Of a stretch of 64,000 bases of DNA, positions 48,701-64,000 are shown one piece after another (within the stretch, counting starts at the first letter, position 1; each line of letters starts with the position of its first letter). The notes below the pieces were generated by a model that searched no databases, was not told where the DNA came from, and saw nothing but the letters and a program-made list of their open reading frames with translations. The position numbers were made by a program, and so were the translations under genes. Source of the DNA: Auanema rhodensis (lineage: Eukaryota > Animalia > Nematoda). The stretch lies in the NCBI GenBank assembly GCA_964057225.1, contig OZ059894.1, positions 7,564,001-7,628,000 of the forward strand, given 5' to 3'.

Positions 48701-51700
48701 GCTAATCTTCACAATTGGTTCAAGTGTCAAAGTCCAAACAGCTTCGCAGCATGGCTAAACAAATTTTTCAAAGAACGCTATGTATTGAATCAGCACACCT
48801 TCTGAATTCAGCAAAGTGGTCTTTGAAGTAGTTTAGGCATGGGGGGTAATTCAATGTAAGTGACGTATAATGGTGTTTTACTCAAATTTGACGTCATTTA
48901 AACTCAAGTAAAGTCAATCATCAGATTATTCAAGATAAACTGAGCAAAATATTAAAATTTCATATAATTAGGAAAACAAAAACATAATAATTACTATTTT
49001 TTTCCTATTTTTAAGCTTCCATCTCTTAAAATTTTAAGCAGTTTTAAAGTACAGCTTTTAGACCTATCGATGCCAGGCAAAAAGGGGAAAGATCCCTAAA
49101 GAGCAATAACGAGAACAGAAGCGCAATGATCGCCGTGAGCCGATGATGAACTGAGACTGGCGAATCGCAATGGAAGGCTTGGCTTTTTGTCTTTGACTTT
49201 TCCGCTTTTATCGATACCATTAAACTAAGTAGGAACATAGTCATTTTCCAGAAAAGTGAATGAGAGTTTCACTGTTAAACTGGAGCATCAAAGTGAAACT
49301 TATATGCATTTTCATTGACAGCAGTTCAATAAAAGAACAGCAGTTTCCAAAATAACCACCAAGAAAATGACTCATAGGGCTTAAAACTCTTTTTTTCCCA
49401 TTTCTTTAACTTCACAACTGTCAAAATAAGGAAGATGCCATGAATAGAAAAGAACAACTAACATCAAAGATTGAGCACAGCTCATATAGCCTATACTTCT
49501 TTGAGAAAAAAATAAATCCACAACTGATTTATATATCAGAAAATCAGTGATGCAGCTTAAATCCCCATCATACTTCAAGATTTTCCTGTCTTTCTGGCTG
49601 TCAATGCCCCTGCGTTTCCTACTTCTCTGCCACCCCTCACTATACTACCACTAAAGCTGATTGTGTTTTTTCGATTTCCATGTAGCGTAAAGAGCTGCAA
49701 CTTAAAATTGTTCATTTCAATATATGATTTTGAATGGAAAGATAAGTATTAATAGAAAGCAGCTTTAAGAAGATCTTACAAGTTTTTTTTCCAGAAAGAA
49801 AAAAAACTTTTTATCAGCCAAATAAATGAATTTTTATCTCAAAAGAAAGAAATATATTTCTCCCTTCAAAATATAGTTGTAAATGTCAAAGTGAATCGAG
49901 AATAGCATTGACTCTAAGAGGAAAAAGAGCAGATGGACTTATCGGATATTTGATTTCTTTATCCAGTTTGTCATTCAGGACAAATGACCAAAATGTCGAA
50001 ACTCTATAGCATAGAATTGTAAGAATACGAAAGTAAAACATTACAATTTCTGTAATTTGTTTTGAAAATATGGAATATCTTGATATTATTTTAGTTATCA
50101 ACAAAATAATATACTATATAGTATATTATACTTTAACATCCTCTTCCTCAGCTTTGCTTTATCAAGCCAATTCTGCTCGTTAGTTTCAAAAACCGTCTTT
50201 TCTCATGTTATCCGACATTTGACTATAATCGTTGTCATTCAGATTTTTGTCTAATCTGTTCGATTAATACGAAAATAAATGGATGATGTTCATAACGACT
50301 AAAAAGACTAAAACAGAAGAAGAAACATGACATCAATATACATATATTTCCTCTTCAAATTTCATTTGTTGTTATCTGTCTTACCTTCCCGCTTTCCCTA
50401 CTTTTCTATAACATCATCATCATCATCTTTCTGTCTTTCTTTTTAAGCTAAACGAGAGAAACAAAATTGAAAGAATAAAAGCAAAATAATAGTGGACATA
50501 TTGGCTTAATTCTTTCCAAAATGGAACTTTTTTTCTTGATGGCTTCATCCCACTACATTATAAATCACCTGATATGAAATACTAACATAAAGGACTAGAA
50601 ATTAGATATAAATTAATTTGAGATGACGTAGAACCTTATATCTACTTCATAACATACAAGATTTACTCCAGCATATGTTATTAATCCCTTCTCCTCCTCC
50701 TCCTCCTCTCAATAGTAAAGCAGATATGGTTTCTATTTCCGAATAATCATATTGAGATATCAATCTACATAGGTATGCTTCAGGTCATTAACTTCAATTC
50801 ATAGACATGAATGCTATTTTCTAGTATCATCATATATTTTTAGAAGATTTCAACCATATTCTTTAACATACATTTGCTTAATGCTGAATAACTGAGAATT
50901 AGAGGAAAATCAAGTTGTTTCAGCAGAAAACGAACCAAAATGAATTGGACATTTTCAAATACATAACCAAAAAAAAGTTGGAAAAATAAAACAAAAAAAA
51001 TCTGTAAAAGTTGTAAGAAATGAAAATAGATTGAAGAAGTTTTCGGAATAATAATAATAATATTCAATTCAGATTTGATAGAAGATAAAGACTTGGCTTC
51101 TTAAAAGACGAGACATATATGACTTTCATTCTTTCCTTTTTTGTAATTTGGATCTCCTTCTTATCTTTTTTTTATAACAAATTAGATTTCTACAACATAG
51201 ATAATCATATATCCTGTCTAACAAAGTGTTCAGTGCAGCTTCGTGAAGCTTATGGATGATCTGAAGAGGGCAAAAAATGAGACGAGAAAAGGAAGGCTGA
51301 ATGTGCTTTCTTCTGTTTATTTCAACTCCCTTTTTCTCTTTTTCTCTCCCTCGAAGACAATATAGCACTCATTATAAAGATTTTGAACTTGACATTTTCC
51401 AAGCATTAAAGAAAAGAATCGAAACAGAAGCTTCAATTAGCTTATTTCCATTTTTGGAGCATTCTCACTTTATGTATGTACGTAGCTAATTTCACCGAAA
51501 TGCACAATTATCGCCACTTTCTAAGTGCTATCTGCACAAAATATTGAGACAGGAGAACTCCAAAATAGGCTAAATATGATGACAATAGAAGAATATATTT
51601 CAAAATTGTTTTTTTTTAAATTTTTATTTTTGTTGATAAACCAAATTAGTTCACATAGGCTATGTATAAGTTTTGGAAGTTAACAAGAAAATATTTCGAA

Positions 51701-54700
51701 AAAGGGAGAAGAAAAGTTTTTTTCCCTCCAACTCAACCATATTTTTCTCATATTTTTAGTTAGTATCTCATTCAAGTTAGAAAAATGAGGAACATGCGTT
51801 TTACTCTTATTTAAGCACATGGAATTATGGAAATTATTTGGAACACATCTTCAGCTGTCGCTAATCGGAAATCATTTCGGACGCATCCGATTTTACTTCC
51901 GGGAAAAGGTACACAAGTCGAGTAAAATCAAACGAAATTAGAATTAAGCAGATGTGAAAAGCATTTTAACGCAAATTATTCATTGAGAATTAGAAAAGTT
52001 TATTTTAACTTACAATCAGATGATGAAAGTAAATTCAGAATATGCTCAGTAGTTTGCTTAACACTGATTCGTCTACGCTCGGGATTGTTGCTTCGTTCGA
52101 TGGTACCCCAACCAATAACATGTCGTGATGAACCACCGTCAATAGCTGAATAGCGTCGATGCTCTAGAAGTGGTGAAGCTTCTGTTGAGGATGTGCTTCC
52201 ATTTGACAATAATCTGCTGTACAGATTGACCTGCTGCTTCTGATTACGTCCGTTCGGCAGCGAGTTGGATGGCCGAAATTCGGATTGACGTCGACTGTAA
52301 TAGTTGTGACTCTGATAGCCGTTCATGGGAACGACAGAAGTGCCAACACATCGACGGACTACAACAGCAGCCGTAGATAACGCAGAGGCTGACTGCTGTT
52401 TGCTTGCAACACTGACTTCCAGTGCGTATCTGCTAGCTTGAGTAGAAGCAAGCAGAAATTGAAAAGTAGTTGAATAGTAGAGTAGTAGTAACTGTTTTCA
52501 AATGAATTATTCAGCGAATATCGTAGTATTTGACAATGGAGTTAGTACATGAGCTCCAAAAGGCTAACAGTAATGAGAACAAGTTCTAAGCAGAGAATAT
52601 ATATTAATAGTTCAAAAACAATTTCGACATGACATGAACATCACACCGTCGTTATAAAATGAGCAGCTTGTAATCAAAATGTGCCAATATAGATGAGCAC
52701 AGAATCCTCTCAACCTGGAGCTTTCAAGCTAGAATAAGGAAAAAGGAAAGAGAGTCTGGGAAGAAGCCGGAGAAATAGAAGAATGAGATGCAGGGAAGAG
52801 GGAAGAGAATTTTGTTAGACAATATATAGATGAATGGATAATGGATGAGATAAGCTTGTCTTTTGCAATGAGAGTATTTAGAGAAAAAAAGCCAAAAGTT
52901 CAGCAGAGCAGGCGGAGTCGCTCCGCCTACCCTCCCCATCTCATCTCATGTGAACGGGTTGGTGCTCAGATGTTTTTTCTTAACAACTCAAACAATTTTC
53001 AACATTTTTGTCACGGATTTCTCTGAATAAGCATCAACCTAGAAACACAAGAAACAATTTCAGGGGCATTAATTTCATCTTTGGCTTGCAAGTTATTTGA
53101 TATCTTTATGTCAAATTGCAATATGCATCATACCTTACCTAAGAAAAAATAAAAAAACATCAAAAATGTCTTTTTTTGCTTCAAGCTGGCAGGTAAAATG
53201 AATAAGAGATCTGAGCAAATTATCAATACAGTTGCAGCTTAGCAAGTTCATGAAGATTTGTCGTTATTATCTGCTGATGCACATGTTAAGCTTTAATAGC
53301 TTTTATCTATTCATTGAACGTCAGAGTTATAACTTCCTTAGCAATTCATCTAGTTTAATGTCCATTAAGCTTCTGATTCTTGTATTTAGCAAATCTAGTT
53401 TGTATCTTTAAATCTTTCAAAATAAAATAGCTGGTATAATTCTTCATTTTTCATTAATTTAAATGTATTTAAAAAGAATTAGTCGAAAAACTAAAAATCA
53501 TTGTTCGTTAAAGTATCAATTTATTAGTTTTCTGATGATATCATGATAGATATATTTCAAAATTCACAAGAACACAAAAGAATATTTGGAAAAAAATTAT
53601 CAAAATTTTGTTGGATCTGTTAAAATAATACATGATGGAAGGAGGAACACAAGTTTAAGCGTGATTCATTTCAGTCAAATTTTGAAAAAAAAGGTTTTGA
53701 GTGGCAAACTGTCATATATATATATACATATATACATATGTAGATATATAATATATGAACAAATACATTTGTACTGAAATTTTGGTTTATTATTTACTTC
53801 GATTTTAATTTTTTGAAACGGTTTTCATACGGTTATATATTATATTTTTTCTCCGTTTTAACATCAAAATCACACATAAATATTGTTTTCTCAAAATGAA
53901 TTTGGAACCAATTCAAGAAAAAAAAACTAAAATCATGAATAAACAGATAAACAACAATATTTAATAATTATCATTATTAGCAATTAAATTAAAAATTGTT
54001 TTAATACTAATTAATTTTATAATATTTATAATATAACCTAAATATTATGTATTTTAATGCTGAAAAGAAGTTATGAGGATACTTGATTTCATATATTTCA
54101 TGATAATAATTATTTAAATTGGAAAAAAATTAATTTTTTTTAATAAAAATATCTGACAATTACTTGATTTTATTTGAAATTTTTCCAAAGTAGTTTTGAA
54201 AAACATGGTAGGTAGGTCTTCTATTGAAGCCGAATGTGGCCAATTATTCAAAATGAAGCTAGATGAAGTATCTATTCTGAAAGATGGTGTAGAAGAATAA
54301 GAGAGGAAGCCAGAAAACGTGTTCTTTCTGCCAGCAACCAAACTCGACATGTCTTGAAGATAGGAGTAGATGATACAGACGGTATAATATTCGGATTTGC
54401 TTTTGATAAACTGAGAATAATTTAGAAAATTGAGTATGTTGTCCTTGATGATATGTCCATGTAGTTGTTAAGTGTGAAAGGAAACTAGTTCTAGCGATTT
54501 AAGCAGAAGGCAGCTCACTAGCTCAATGTATCTAATTTGAATTGAAAAAAGATTACAATAAGCTTCATATATAGATGCTATGAAGAGATGTTTTTAGCTT
54601 GTTTTCCGTACATTTACAACAGAAAATTGCATGCGAGCTCGTGATTCGGACAATAGTGAATATGAGCTATTTATCTTCAAATATCTCAAACTATGAACAT

Positions 54701-55036
54701 CAATAAGTATTGTTTTTGCAATTTTCTTTGGTTAGGATTAGAAGAACTATATGTCATCTCGTGGTGCTATTTCAATTTTTTTACAAAAAAAATGACGAAA
54801 AAGAAGCATTATCCTACGCTTTGTAGGATGAAAAACGGGTCTTATATCTGTTATTAGCTCATATTCAAGTCAAATTGATTGTGTGATTATGGCTTTTGAG
54901 TCGAACACCTGCATATCCATCCGGCTCTCTCCCTCTCTCCCTCTCTTCAGCGTTTCTGTTGTTTAGAATATAATAGTTATCTATACTTAGACATATGTAT
55001 GTATGTAGATATATTCATTCTTTCACATGAGTCTAC

Positions 55037-55101
<65 letters not shown>

Positions 55102-55344
55102 ATTTTTCTTTCACACAACTCCAATTCAGATTTAGTTATCCAATAATTTTTCTCATTGTATATTTGATAATAATGACCAAAAAACATTGGAAATAGAAAG
55201 CAGATTTTGTAAAGTTTCAGAAAAGGAATAATTAGAAATATATGGTTCTATTATCAAATATAGTAATCGAATCATCAGTAAAGTATAAATCATGAATATA
55301 AATTCATAAAGATAGAATGAAATATATGTTATATTATATAATAA

Positions 55345-55381
<37 letters not shown>

Positions 55382-56569
55382 CAATGAAATAATAGTATAC
55401 ATATTATATAACTATTATTACATTATTTATAATATAAAGTTAATTGTTTAAATACTTCTTTTTGAAAAGTATAGTCTTAAATTAAAATTATTTTCAAAAC
55501 ATACTCATGTATTCGTACGCCTGCTCGAATATTTTAAAATTATAAATTAATATTTGTAATAAGTCGATAAATTGATAATTAATAATGAAATATTCAAAAA
55601 AAAAATTTTAAATTAAACTTATTAAAAAATTATTTTGAATTAGTTATTAATACCTACGCATTTTTTTATTAATTTTTAAATAAGAAATATGAATGTTTCT
55701 CAAATTTTTCTGTAAGAATACGTTTTACAATATATTTTTAACATCTCTTTCGATAAAAAAAATTCTTCGAAGATAATAAAAAATAAATTTGAAACTAACC
55801 ATCTACTTCTCCAGGCAGTACATTTACATTTGGAGTTGAATCACGTCGAGGAGAAAATCGTGCTGTAAGAAGAGTTCGAAACTGCTGAGTGTAACCGGAA
55901 ACACGAAGTATATCGGATGAGACCTAAATGTGAAGAATAAATTATAAAGTATAGCTTTGAAGGATTATAGAATTTATTGCTTTTTTCTTCTTCTTTAGAG
56001 TTTGTTATCAATCCGAGCAACTCTCAAATACACTATAAAAAGTCCAAATGCCACAGAAAAATGATTTTTCGAAAGATTCTGTACTGAAGAGGCAAAAAAA
56101 GCTTCTTTTTTTAGCCAAAAAAACAAAACAAGAAGAAAAGTAGACAATTAGTTATATACTATCTGTATATAATAACTGTTTATTCTCATGAAATAATGAA
56201 AAACTCAAAATTACCAAATATCAAATGCACTTTTAGTTTCAATTATTTTGCAATTTTAAGTTTTCTTAGGAAAATGTGTAAATATTTTGTTGAATACATA
56301 TCATAATTATAAGAAACAAATAAAAACCTGTTGCACATAGTTACGATCATGTGGTCGAATATTTTTCATTTAAACTTAATGCCAGGAGGAAGATAAAATT
56401 AGAAGGAATGCTGGTTGGCAGGTTGCAACTTTACTGTTTCCAGTATTAAATGCACGAAATGATAGTCAGGTTAATGTGGTGAACAAGAGAGAATATTTTA
56501 ATTTAACTAAATAACTTAATATAATATCTTAATATATACACATGAATATAGTTATAATAACTATATTAA

Positions 56570-56600
<31 letters not shown>

Positions 56601-57015
56601 CTTATATATTTAAAAGGAAAATTTAATTAGCTTATTGATCAATTATGAACATGTGTATGTCGAAAATTCTCTAAAATTCTATTAAATTTCTGTTGGACTG
56701 CAGTGGCAATACACTTTTGGTTTCATAAATTATGATTAGTTGGGTGCGAAATTCACGAGACCCAAATTATGATTAGAATGACTGAAAACTTTTTTTAGTT
56801 TTTTTGAAACTAAGAATTCAAATTTGATTTATTGACAGAAGAAATTTTAAAGTTCAACTGCATATGGACAGGCTAAGAATAACAAATTACCAACATTACG
56901 TGTTGTAAAATGTTTTAAATTGATCAGGATAAAAAGGCGAACAATGCTAAAAAATGCAGAAAGTCTCACTGAGGATTCTCTCCCATTTCCCCTACGCCCT
57001 ATTCTCTTTTTATTA

Positions 57016-57095
<80 letters not shown>

Positions 57096-60000
57096 TTCTT
57101 TCACTCTTTCTCTTCTTCAATTATTTTTAACATATTGAATAGAGTTTGTCTATTGGTTGAAGTAAATCGAGAAAAATGAAAAATGTTTTAAAGAATTGTC
57201 TGTTGAGATAAAAATAAAAAAATCTTATTTCCTGTTCTAAGCTTGACTCATCAAGCATAGATTAAGGCCTCGGATTTCGACACTTCATGGCCAATTTCAG
57301 AATTGCATTTGACGAGTGAATACTAACGGAATTGACATGGTTTTAAAGCCACAATATGAAATAAATGTTGTAGTTGATATGAAAAGCTTGTGAATGTTTA
57401 TCAATATTTGATAAAAATGAAACTTGGACTAGCAGACAATTTGCCTCTCAAAGGTTTATTAAGCTTGAGACGTTCTAAATCAGGTTAAACTGATTATTCA
57501 TGCAACATCGAAAAAAAGGTTTTCAGGTTTTTAAGCTTATAAGTTATAGATCAAAGGTCTGTTTATCGTTATGTATGTACGAGTATATTTAGAGAACCTG
57601 AATTGATAAACAGTTAATAGATTTCTGCAAATAACTGAAAAAACTTAAGAGAAAATAAGTTTGAGTTTTTAAAAGATTGGGGTAAGTTGAAATGAAAAAT
57701 AATTTCAAGTAATAAAAATAATTTATACACATATATGTATATATATTTAGCTATTCTTTGTTAGTTCTACTGTGACGTCATTGACATTGCAAAAGAGAGA
57801 GGGTGTGTGTGTGAAAGAGAGAGAGATATTGTGAGAAAGAGTGCAAAGAATAATAAGCTTGAAAAGATATATTAAGAGAGACAAAGAGAAAAAGAATAAA
57901 GTGACTTTTTCATAACCAATGATCCTAGGTATTATGAAATGTGAGAGGACATATGTTATATTTAACGATTAATCTTCAAAAGATTTACTCACTACTAGCT
58001 GCTTAAAAAACGACAAAAAACGGAATTCATAGTGCAAATCAGTAGATTCATACATTCTTCGTTTAGATCAAATGGTCCAATTTATGAGTAAAATGCTCCG
58101 AAGTCATGCATACTCTGAGCATAGCTTAAGTGCTATACAACCTTACCGTGAACATTGAAGCTGCTCTCTCGCGCTTCTGAAATTGAAACGATTTCCGTTT
58201 CGGTTCGGTCCGTCGACGATTCATTTTTAGGAGGACGGCTAAACATGATTCATCATACTATCGAGTAAGTACGGGGTACAAGATATGAGAAAAATTTAAA
58301 ATTAATAATAATATGGAAGCGGGAACTAGAAAATGAAATGCCTTATTTCCATAAAGAAAAGAAAAAAATGTGGTAGTTGAACATTAACCTTTCATTTGTG
58401 AAAAGTTAAATCAGAAGTGAATAAAGTTGAAAATAAAGAAAGTTTCGTGAGAATTCGAGGTTTCACGTGAAGCTCGTCAAGTTCATGTTTTTCGTTTTCA
58501 AAAACGGGAATGCTTGTGAAATTTTGTTCATTTTAGTCATCTTTTCCTTTAGTTTTTCATTTATCTTTTTTTCTCTTCTACATTGAAGCTTTTTCTACAA
58601 GTTACTTCTTCAATTTTCTTTCTCTGCTCAATATTAGCTTGAACCATTAAGCTTCATTTGATTGAGCACGAAGTTCAAAATCTGCATATTTCAGTTAAAT
58701 TTGAATTCGTAGAGGTCAACTTTAACAGAAGAAAGTGTAAAGATTTTTATAGAAAAAAGAAAGAAAATAATAGAAACTGAATGAACTTTTGTTGTCTATA
58801 TAAAAATAAATAAAGAAAATTCAACTATATTCATAAATTATTTAGTTAAAAGCAACAAACTTTAAAAATTATGGAAAATAATCAATCCAGTAAAAAACAA
58901 GAAAATAAATTTTGAACAATTTGGAATATTTAAAAATTTTCTGATTCATTAATTTTTTTAATAAAACTTCCTAGTCATGATTCATTGTTATTTCAAAAGT
59001 CAACTGTGCACTTTACAAAAAAATATATTTAACAAAGGAAACATTCAAAATATTCAAATATTTATGTTTTTTTTCTAATTTTTATATGAAAAATTATGAT
59101 TGTAATTGAAATTTTTATTGAATTTTTGGTAAATGAAAATTGAGTAATATATCTTCTTCAAATCATAAAGCCTGAATTTCCGTATGTATGATCGACCAAC
59201 CGTAGGATCAACAGATGTACTAAAACAGAGGTCTTAAACGGATTTGAGATAGATTCCGGAGTGAAGGATTGATTGTCAATGGGCAATGAATAAGCAGAAG
59301 ACCACAGATGAATATAAGCCGGAATAGAAAATAGCTGAGAAGTGTCAATTGGTGTAATCGTTTTTCGAAACAAAAAAAAAATGTTTTTTTTTTATATTTC
59401 AAATATACAAATATATTTGTGCTCATGTGCAAATATGTGCATATCTCTATGAATTATAGTAAAACTGATAGTATTTTGAATTTATAAAATTGAATTTTTG
59501 ATAAATGAAGTATAATTGTAGTATAAAATATAATAGTATTATTGATCAAGTTATATATATATATATATATATAAATATATATTCAAAATAAATAATAACA
59601 ATAATAATATATTATAAACATCACCATGATATCAGTTGATTTTTCATGTCGGAAAATGGAGTTCATTGAAACTCATGATGTGATATTGCTTGGATATCTC
59701 ACACAAAATTCTCATTTTCTTAGATTTAGCTTAATTATTTTCAGAAGCTTTCAATCAATAGATTTCATGAGAAATACAAAAACTTTACTAAAACCTATAT
59801 ATCTATATATGCACATAGTTATATCAATATTAAGTATATGTATACAAATATATATAGTATTAGATATATTATATTTGTATATGAAGTTTGGAAAAAAGCT
59901 GGTCGTCAACGTCGTTCTCTGTTAGCGTCATATGGTTAACGTCACTTAGAGAAGCAGACATTTTCTTTTAAGTTAATAGATGAAGACAATAAGTTAAGTC

Positions 60001-60520
60001 ATTACTATGTGTATATGTGTGTATGTTTCCGTTGACTTAGCCTGAGGTCTTCATCATTCACTTCCTTTATGCTCAACTCTCTGCTTTAACGATTTGAGAA
60101 CCTATTTATTTGAATAATATGAAGAGAGGAAAGAAGTTTTTTTCTCTCTTTGCCTTTGTCCGGTAAAAGGAATGTCGTCAGCACTTCATGAGGCTAGTAC
60201 AATAAGAATTATGGCTCAGATTTTTCATATGTTCAAAGGTATAAGAGTGCGAAAATATGCTAAAATACACAAAAATTGAAAGAAACCCTTCATTTAGCAA
60301 AGTATAAGGCTTGCTGGAATATTGAGGGTTTAATAATAAAGTTGAACTCAATATTGACCTATAGATCAAGTAATATTTACAAACTTTCACGCAGGAAATA
60401 AAGATTTAAGTGAGATATGGATATAATGTCTGTGAATAACTTAAGTTATTTGGTGCTAATATTTTGAGATAAAATGATATTTTTGTATCAGAGAAGAGGA
60501 AAACGAATAGAGAAATAGAA

Positions 60521-60567
<47 letters not shown>

Positions 60568-62110
60568 AAGAGAAAAGAAGGACAGATTTATTTAATTTTA
60601 ATTTTGAATGAAAAGCCATGAATGAACAAATCTCTATCTCATGATTTTCCATATCATTAAAAATAAGACAAAAATAATTTTCAAATGAATTAAATTTGAT
60701 CCGGAAATTTGAATATACATATATCTTATATATATATTCTGATCAAATGAAATACAGAAATATCATATAATTGCATTGAATTGAAAAAAGATTTAAGTAG
60801 CCGTTAGTGATAGATGAAACCAAAAAAGGATAGTAAAAAGATATACAAGTATATCGAAAAATATCTTCTCAACTTTTGTCTGCTAATAAAAACCAGCAAC
60901 TATGCTTAGCCAACACAATTTGCTTTCCAATATGAAATTGTGAGTGTGTGTGTGTGTGTGCATATCTGTGGATGAGTATGTATATAGCATTTTAGTTTAA
61001 CAAGTTGATACTAGTTTAGAACGAAGCTTCTGCTTTCTTTTTCTTCATTTACATGTATATCTGTATCTTTCTTTTTCTCTCTCTTTCTATTTTTCTTTTT
61101 TTCTCTCTCTATATCTTTCTATCTCTCTCTCTCTCTCTATATATATATATCTATTTCCCTCTCAATCTCGTATATGCCATAAAAATGTAAAAAGAGAATG
61201 TTCTGTGTATAAAGTTTAGATAATTCAAATACCTTAAATTTGCCAGATGTGGTAAATATACTTTTTCGTACATAACGTTGCAAACATATTTCATAAAATT
61301 AGTATTTTTAATAATATGAAACTGATTAAAATGTTTTAAATAAATAATTAAATATATGATATAAGAATGTAAATCTATATAAAAGATTTGGTTTATTTTC
61401 TTTTAATAAATAATTGTTTTTATTAATTATATGAGAAATAAACAATTTTTATACTTCATGGATATTATGATAATGATCTAAGCTTCACAAAAGGTTTTTG
61501 GAATAGCCCATAGAAAATACACATGTACATGTACATTTTCATTTGTTTAAATTGTTCATAAATTGTTTTAATAGTATTAACTATGTTAAATATAAATGAT
61601 TAAATGTGTATAACTCAATATAACTAGAAAAAATAATTTGATTAAGTTTTGAGATTATCACTAATTATACTAAATATCAGATGAGAGTTCAATTTCAGAA
61701 AATATTGAGAACAAAAAGCTTGAAAAGATATTTTCTGATTAACTTTTGTTGAAAAATAAAACATAAAACACATAGAGGTGTATGAAGATTAATCAGATAA
61801 TTTTTTTGAAATATTAACTAAAAAATTTGATTGGAATTTTCTTTTTTATCTTAAAAGAAAAAAAAAGTTCAAAAACCATTTGAATTATAAACTATTATTT
61901 CATCATTTTTTTTATATTTTCATATTCTTACGATTTCCAAATTTATTATTACTATATCATATGAAAAATAAATTATTTTAAATAATTAAATTTCTTTTGA
62001 TAACTAACCTGAGCAATAGGGTTATCAAAAGTTCTTTCTTTATCATCTTCATCTAATGCTTTATATAATTCGCAACTTCGTCCATGTCTTCGCGATAAAG
62101 GGGCTACCAT
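38738..62110 (-). CDS. kcnl: Small-conductance Ca2+-activated K+ channel (SK/KCNN, nematode KCNL family); core exons 42129-38738, 5' exons up to 62110
   Basis: S1 [20 protein letters not shown]4 [16 protein letters not shown], pore [18 protein letters not shown], calmodulin-binding [14 protein letters not shown]...[12 protein letters not shown]; stop at 38738-38740. The symbol is family-level only, and the 5' exons are less certain than the core. Confidence 0.9.
39082..39134. repeat. (TA)n microsatellite, intronic
   Basis: Pure TA run. Confidence 0.95.
55039..55101. repeat. (CT)n microsatellite
   Basis: Near-pure CT run. Confidence 0.93.
57016..57101. repeat. (CT)n microsatellite
   Basis: CT run with a few TT interruptions. 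Confidence 0.93.
60520..60573. repeat. (AG)n microsatellite
   Basis: AG run with AA interruptions. Confidence 0.9.
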
Positions 62111-64000
62111 AGAACTGAAAAAAAAAGATTTTTGATTAAATTCAACAAAAATGTTGCTTTTGATGCAGAGTATTCTATTTCTTTTCCGTTTTAATAAATC
62201 ATCTACTTCCAGAGGAACTGTTATATGTGAGTATTTCTCTTCCTTCGTTTTCAAATCCTTATATTTATTCTTTTTTTTTATGAATATATAGTTTGCTTTT
62301 TTTTTAATAAAATTTAATATATTTATAAAATTTTAAACAAATTTCTGATTAAAATTCATCATTTTCATTATCTTTTATAAATTTATTCTGAATATAATAT
62401 TCAATTTCAATAAAATATGTTCATAAGCTGAATATTTTGATTAGATTTGATAAAATCGTGTATATAATCATTATAAATAGCTAAACGTTTTATGTTTTTC
62501 AATAAAAAGTAATAAAACACAAATAATTTTGAAATTTTAATAAGTATCTGTATCTATATTTGTGGGGAAAGAAGATTGATCTATGGCAGAACTTTGAATT
62601 AAAATTTGAAACGAAGATTTGACCAGATATTTACAATTGAAAGTTTATATTTTCATTAAATATATAATTAAATTCTGATAATGTATAGAATATAATACAT
62701 TCATAATCTTATGTACTCTCAATATTCTATAGTTTATACATATAAACATGTATGTATATATTATATATAATATATATAATTGTAATAATTAATAATAACT
62801 ATATAAATTTAATTATTAAAAGAAAGTTTGAACACAGATGATATATCTTATATAAAAATTAGTTTAATTTCACTTAATTATATGTAATAATTTAAGTTTA
62901 AAGTTATTGTTCCTGCTTACCGACATCTCTGAGAATGTAGAATACTGTCAGAGTATTTGTGATACATGACATAACGTGGATATGGCAAAGACATTTTCGT
63001 ATCAGAGCATAACTTAAGAATTAAGATATTGGATTAAATGAAGAAAATGACATATATTCCGGAGTTATCAACCAATATACTAAGAAATACAGTTTTAAAA
63101 CTACATAAACATTGATTAGAGCATAGGTTAAAGGTGAAACAAGCTGGACGTTTTCATATTTGAAGCATGGAAAATTGCCAAAAGTCATTGTCTTGAATTT
63201 TTTGCATATGAACAAAAACAATTTTTTTGAGCGAAAATCAAATAATCAGATGGAAGATATGACTATTTTGAACAGGTTGAAGAGCACATTTGCCTGCAAT
63301 TCAAATGAGATGTTTTCATGTAACGGCAAATCGTCCAGACAAATCGTCAAAAAAAAAGAATTTAGTTGATATTGTTGTAGACAAACTGGAAAACAGATAT
63401 ACATGTATGTATGTAGGTACATACATATCTTGGCCAGTAAAGTTTGGATTGTAAAAAACACATAATTTAAAGAAGCAAAACGAATTATTTAACAGAAAAT
63501 AACATAAAATTAGAAATAAAAAGTGAGAACCAGAAAAAGGAAGTTAAAAACAGTCCATGAAAGCATTTGTTATAAGGTAAACTAGTTAAGTATGGAAATG
63601 AACTCAACAAGCAACACGTTGTGCAGGAAATAAGAGAAGATAATCCTGTAGGTGCTAACCTATAGAGTTGTAAGTTAATGCTAAGATTCGATATATCAAA
63701 AAATGGGTAAAAAGAAGAAAGAGAACAAGAGTATTTGAGAAAAAAGATGGAGAAGTGGTAAGAAGAGGATTGAAAAAACTGAAAATGGGTGGAGAACATG
63801 GTTAACATTGAAGTAATAAAGATCAGAAAAGTTGTTTATACATACAAAACTTAAAAAAGATCAAGTAAAGAACTTGAATAACTTTCTAGACTAAAGGAGG
63901 AAATGAGTATATCTTTCTTGAGAAAAAAAATTATAATTTTAATAACTGAAGATATGAGATGTTCTCTACGTTTCATAAGCTGACCTGGATATACATATAT

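Noticed and set aside
48380-49350. Slightly GC-richer intronic stretch, possible decayed transposon
   Set aside because: No TIR, TSD or transposase motif that I could identify.
42600-64000. Numerous 60-107 aa ORFs in the AT-rich region
   Set aside because: Low-complexity or microsatellite-derived intronic ORFs with no motifs; only those matching SK exons were kept.

Overview
AT-rich eukaryotic DNA, most likely a nematode (very short GT-AG introns, TTTCAG acceptors, nematode-type tRNA-Pro, DD37D transposon). Bases 1-33.4 kb are a tandem array of a 253-bp unit, each unit carrying one tRNA-Pro(TGG) gene (67 full-length copies plus 1 truncated; the array runs off the left edge). Two related LTR elements interrupt the array. 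Both have non-canonical CGTTCC...GGAACG termini, 4-bp target duplications and a tRNA-Gln primer site. Element B (6285-19035, +) is a Ty3/gypsy endogenous-retrovirus-like element. Its polyprotein reads Gag, internal signal peptide, herpesvirus-gB-like fusion glycoprotein, TM, PR-RT-RH-IN, apparently as one ORF, now split by a DD37D/maT transposon. It also carries an AUG-less upstream ORF and a spliced antisense accessory gene. Element A (1259-4886, -) is a diverged non-autonomous relative that kept the cis-acting RNA elements and the intact antisense gene. Bases 34-64 kb hold ordinary host genes: an SLC49/FLVCR-family MFS transporter (+) and an SK/KCNL Ca-activated K+ channel (-) with several alternative first exons.
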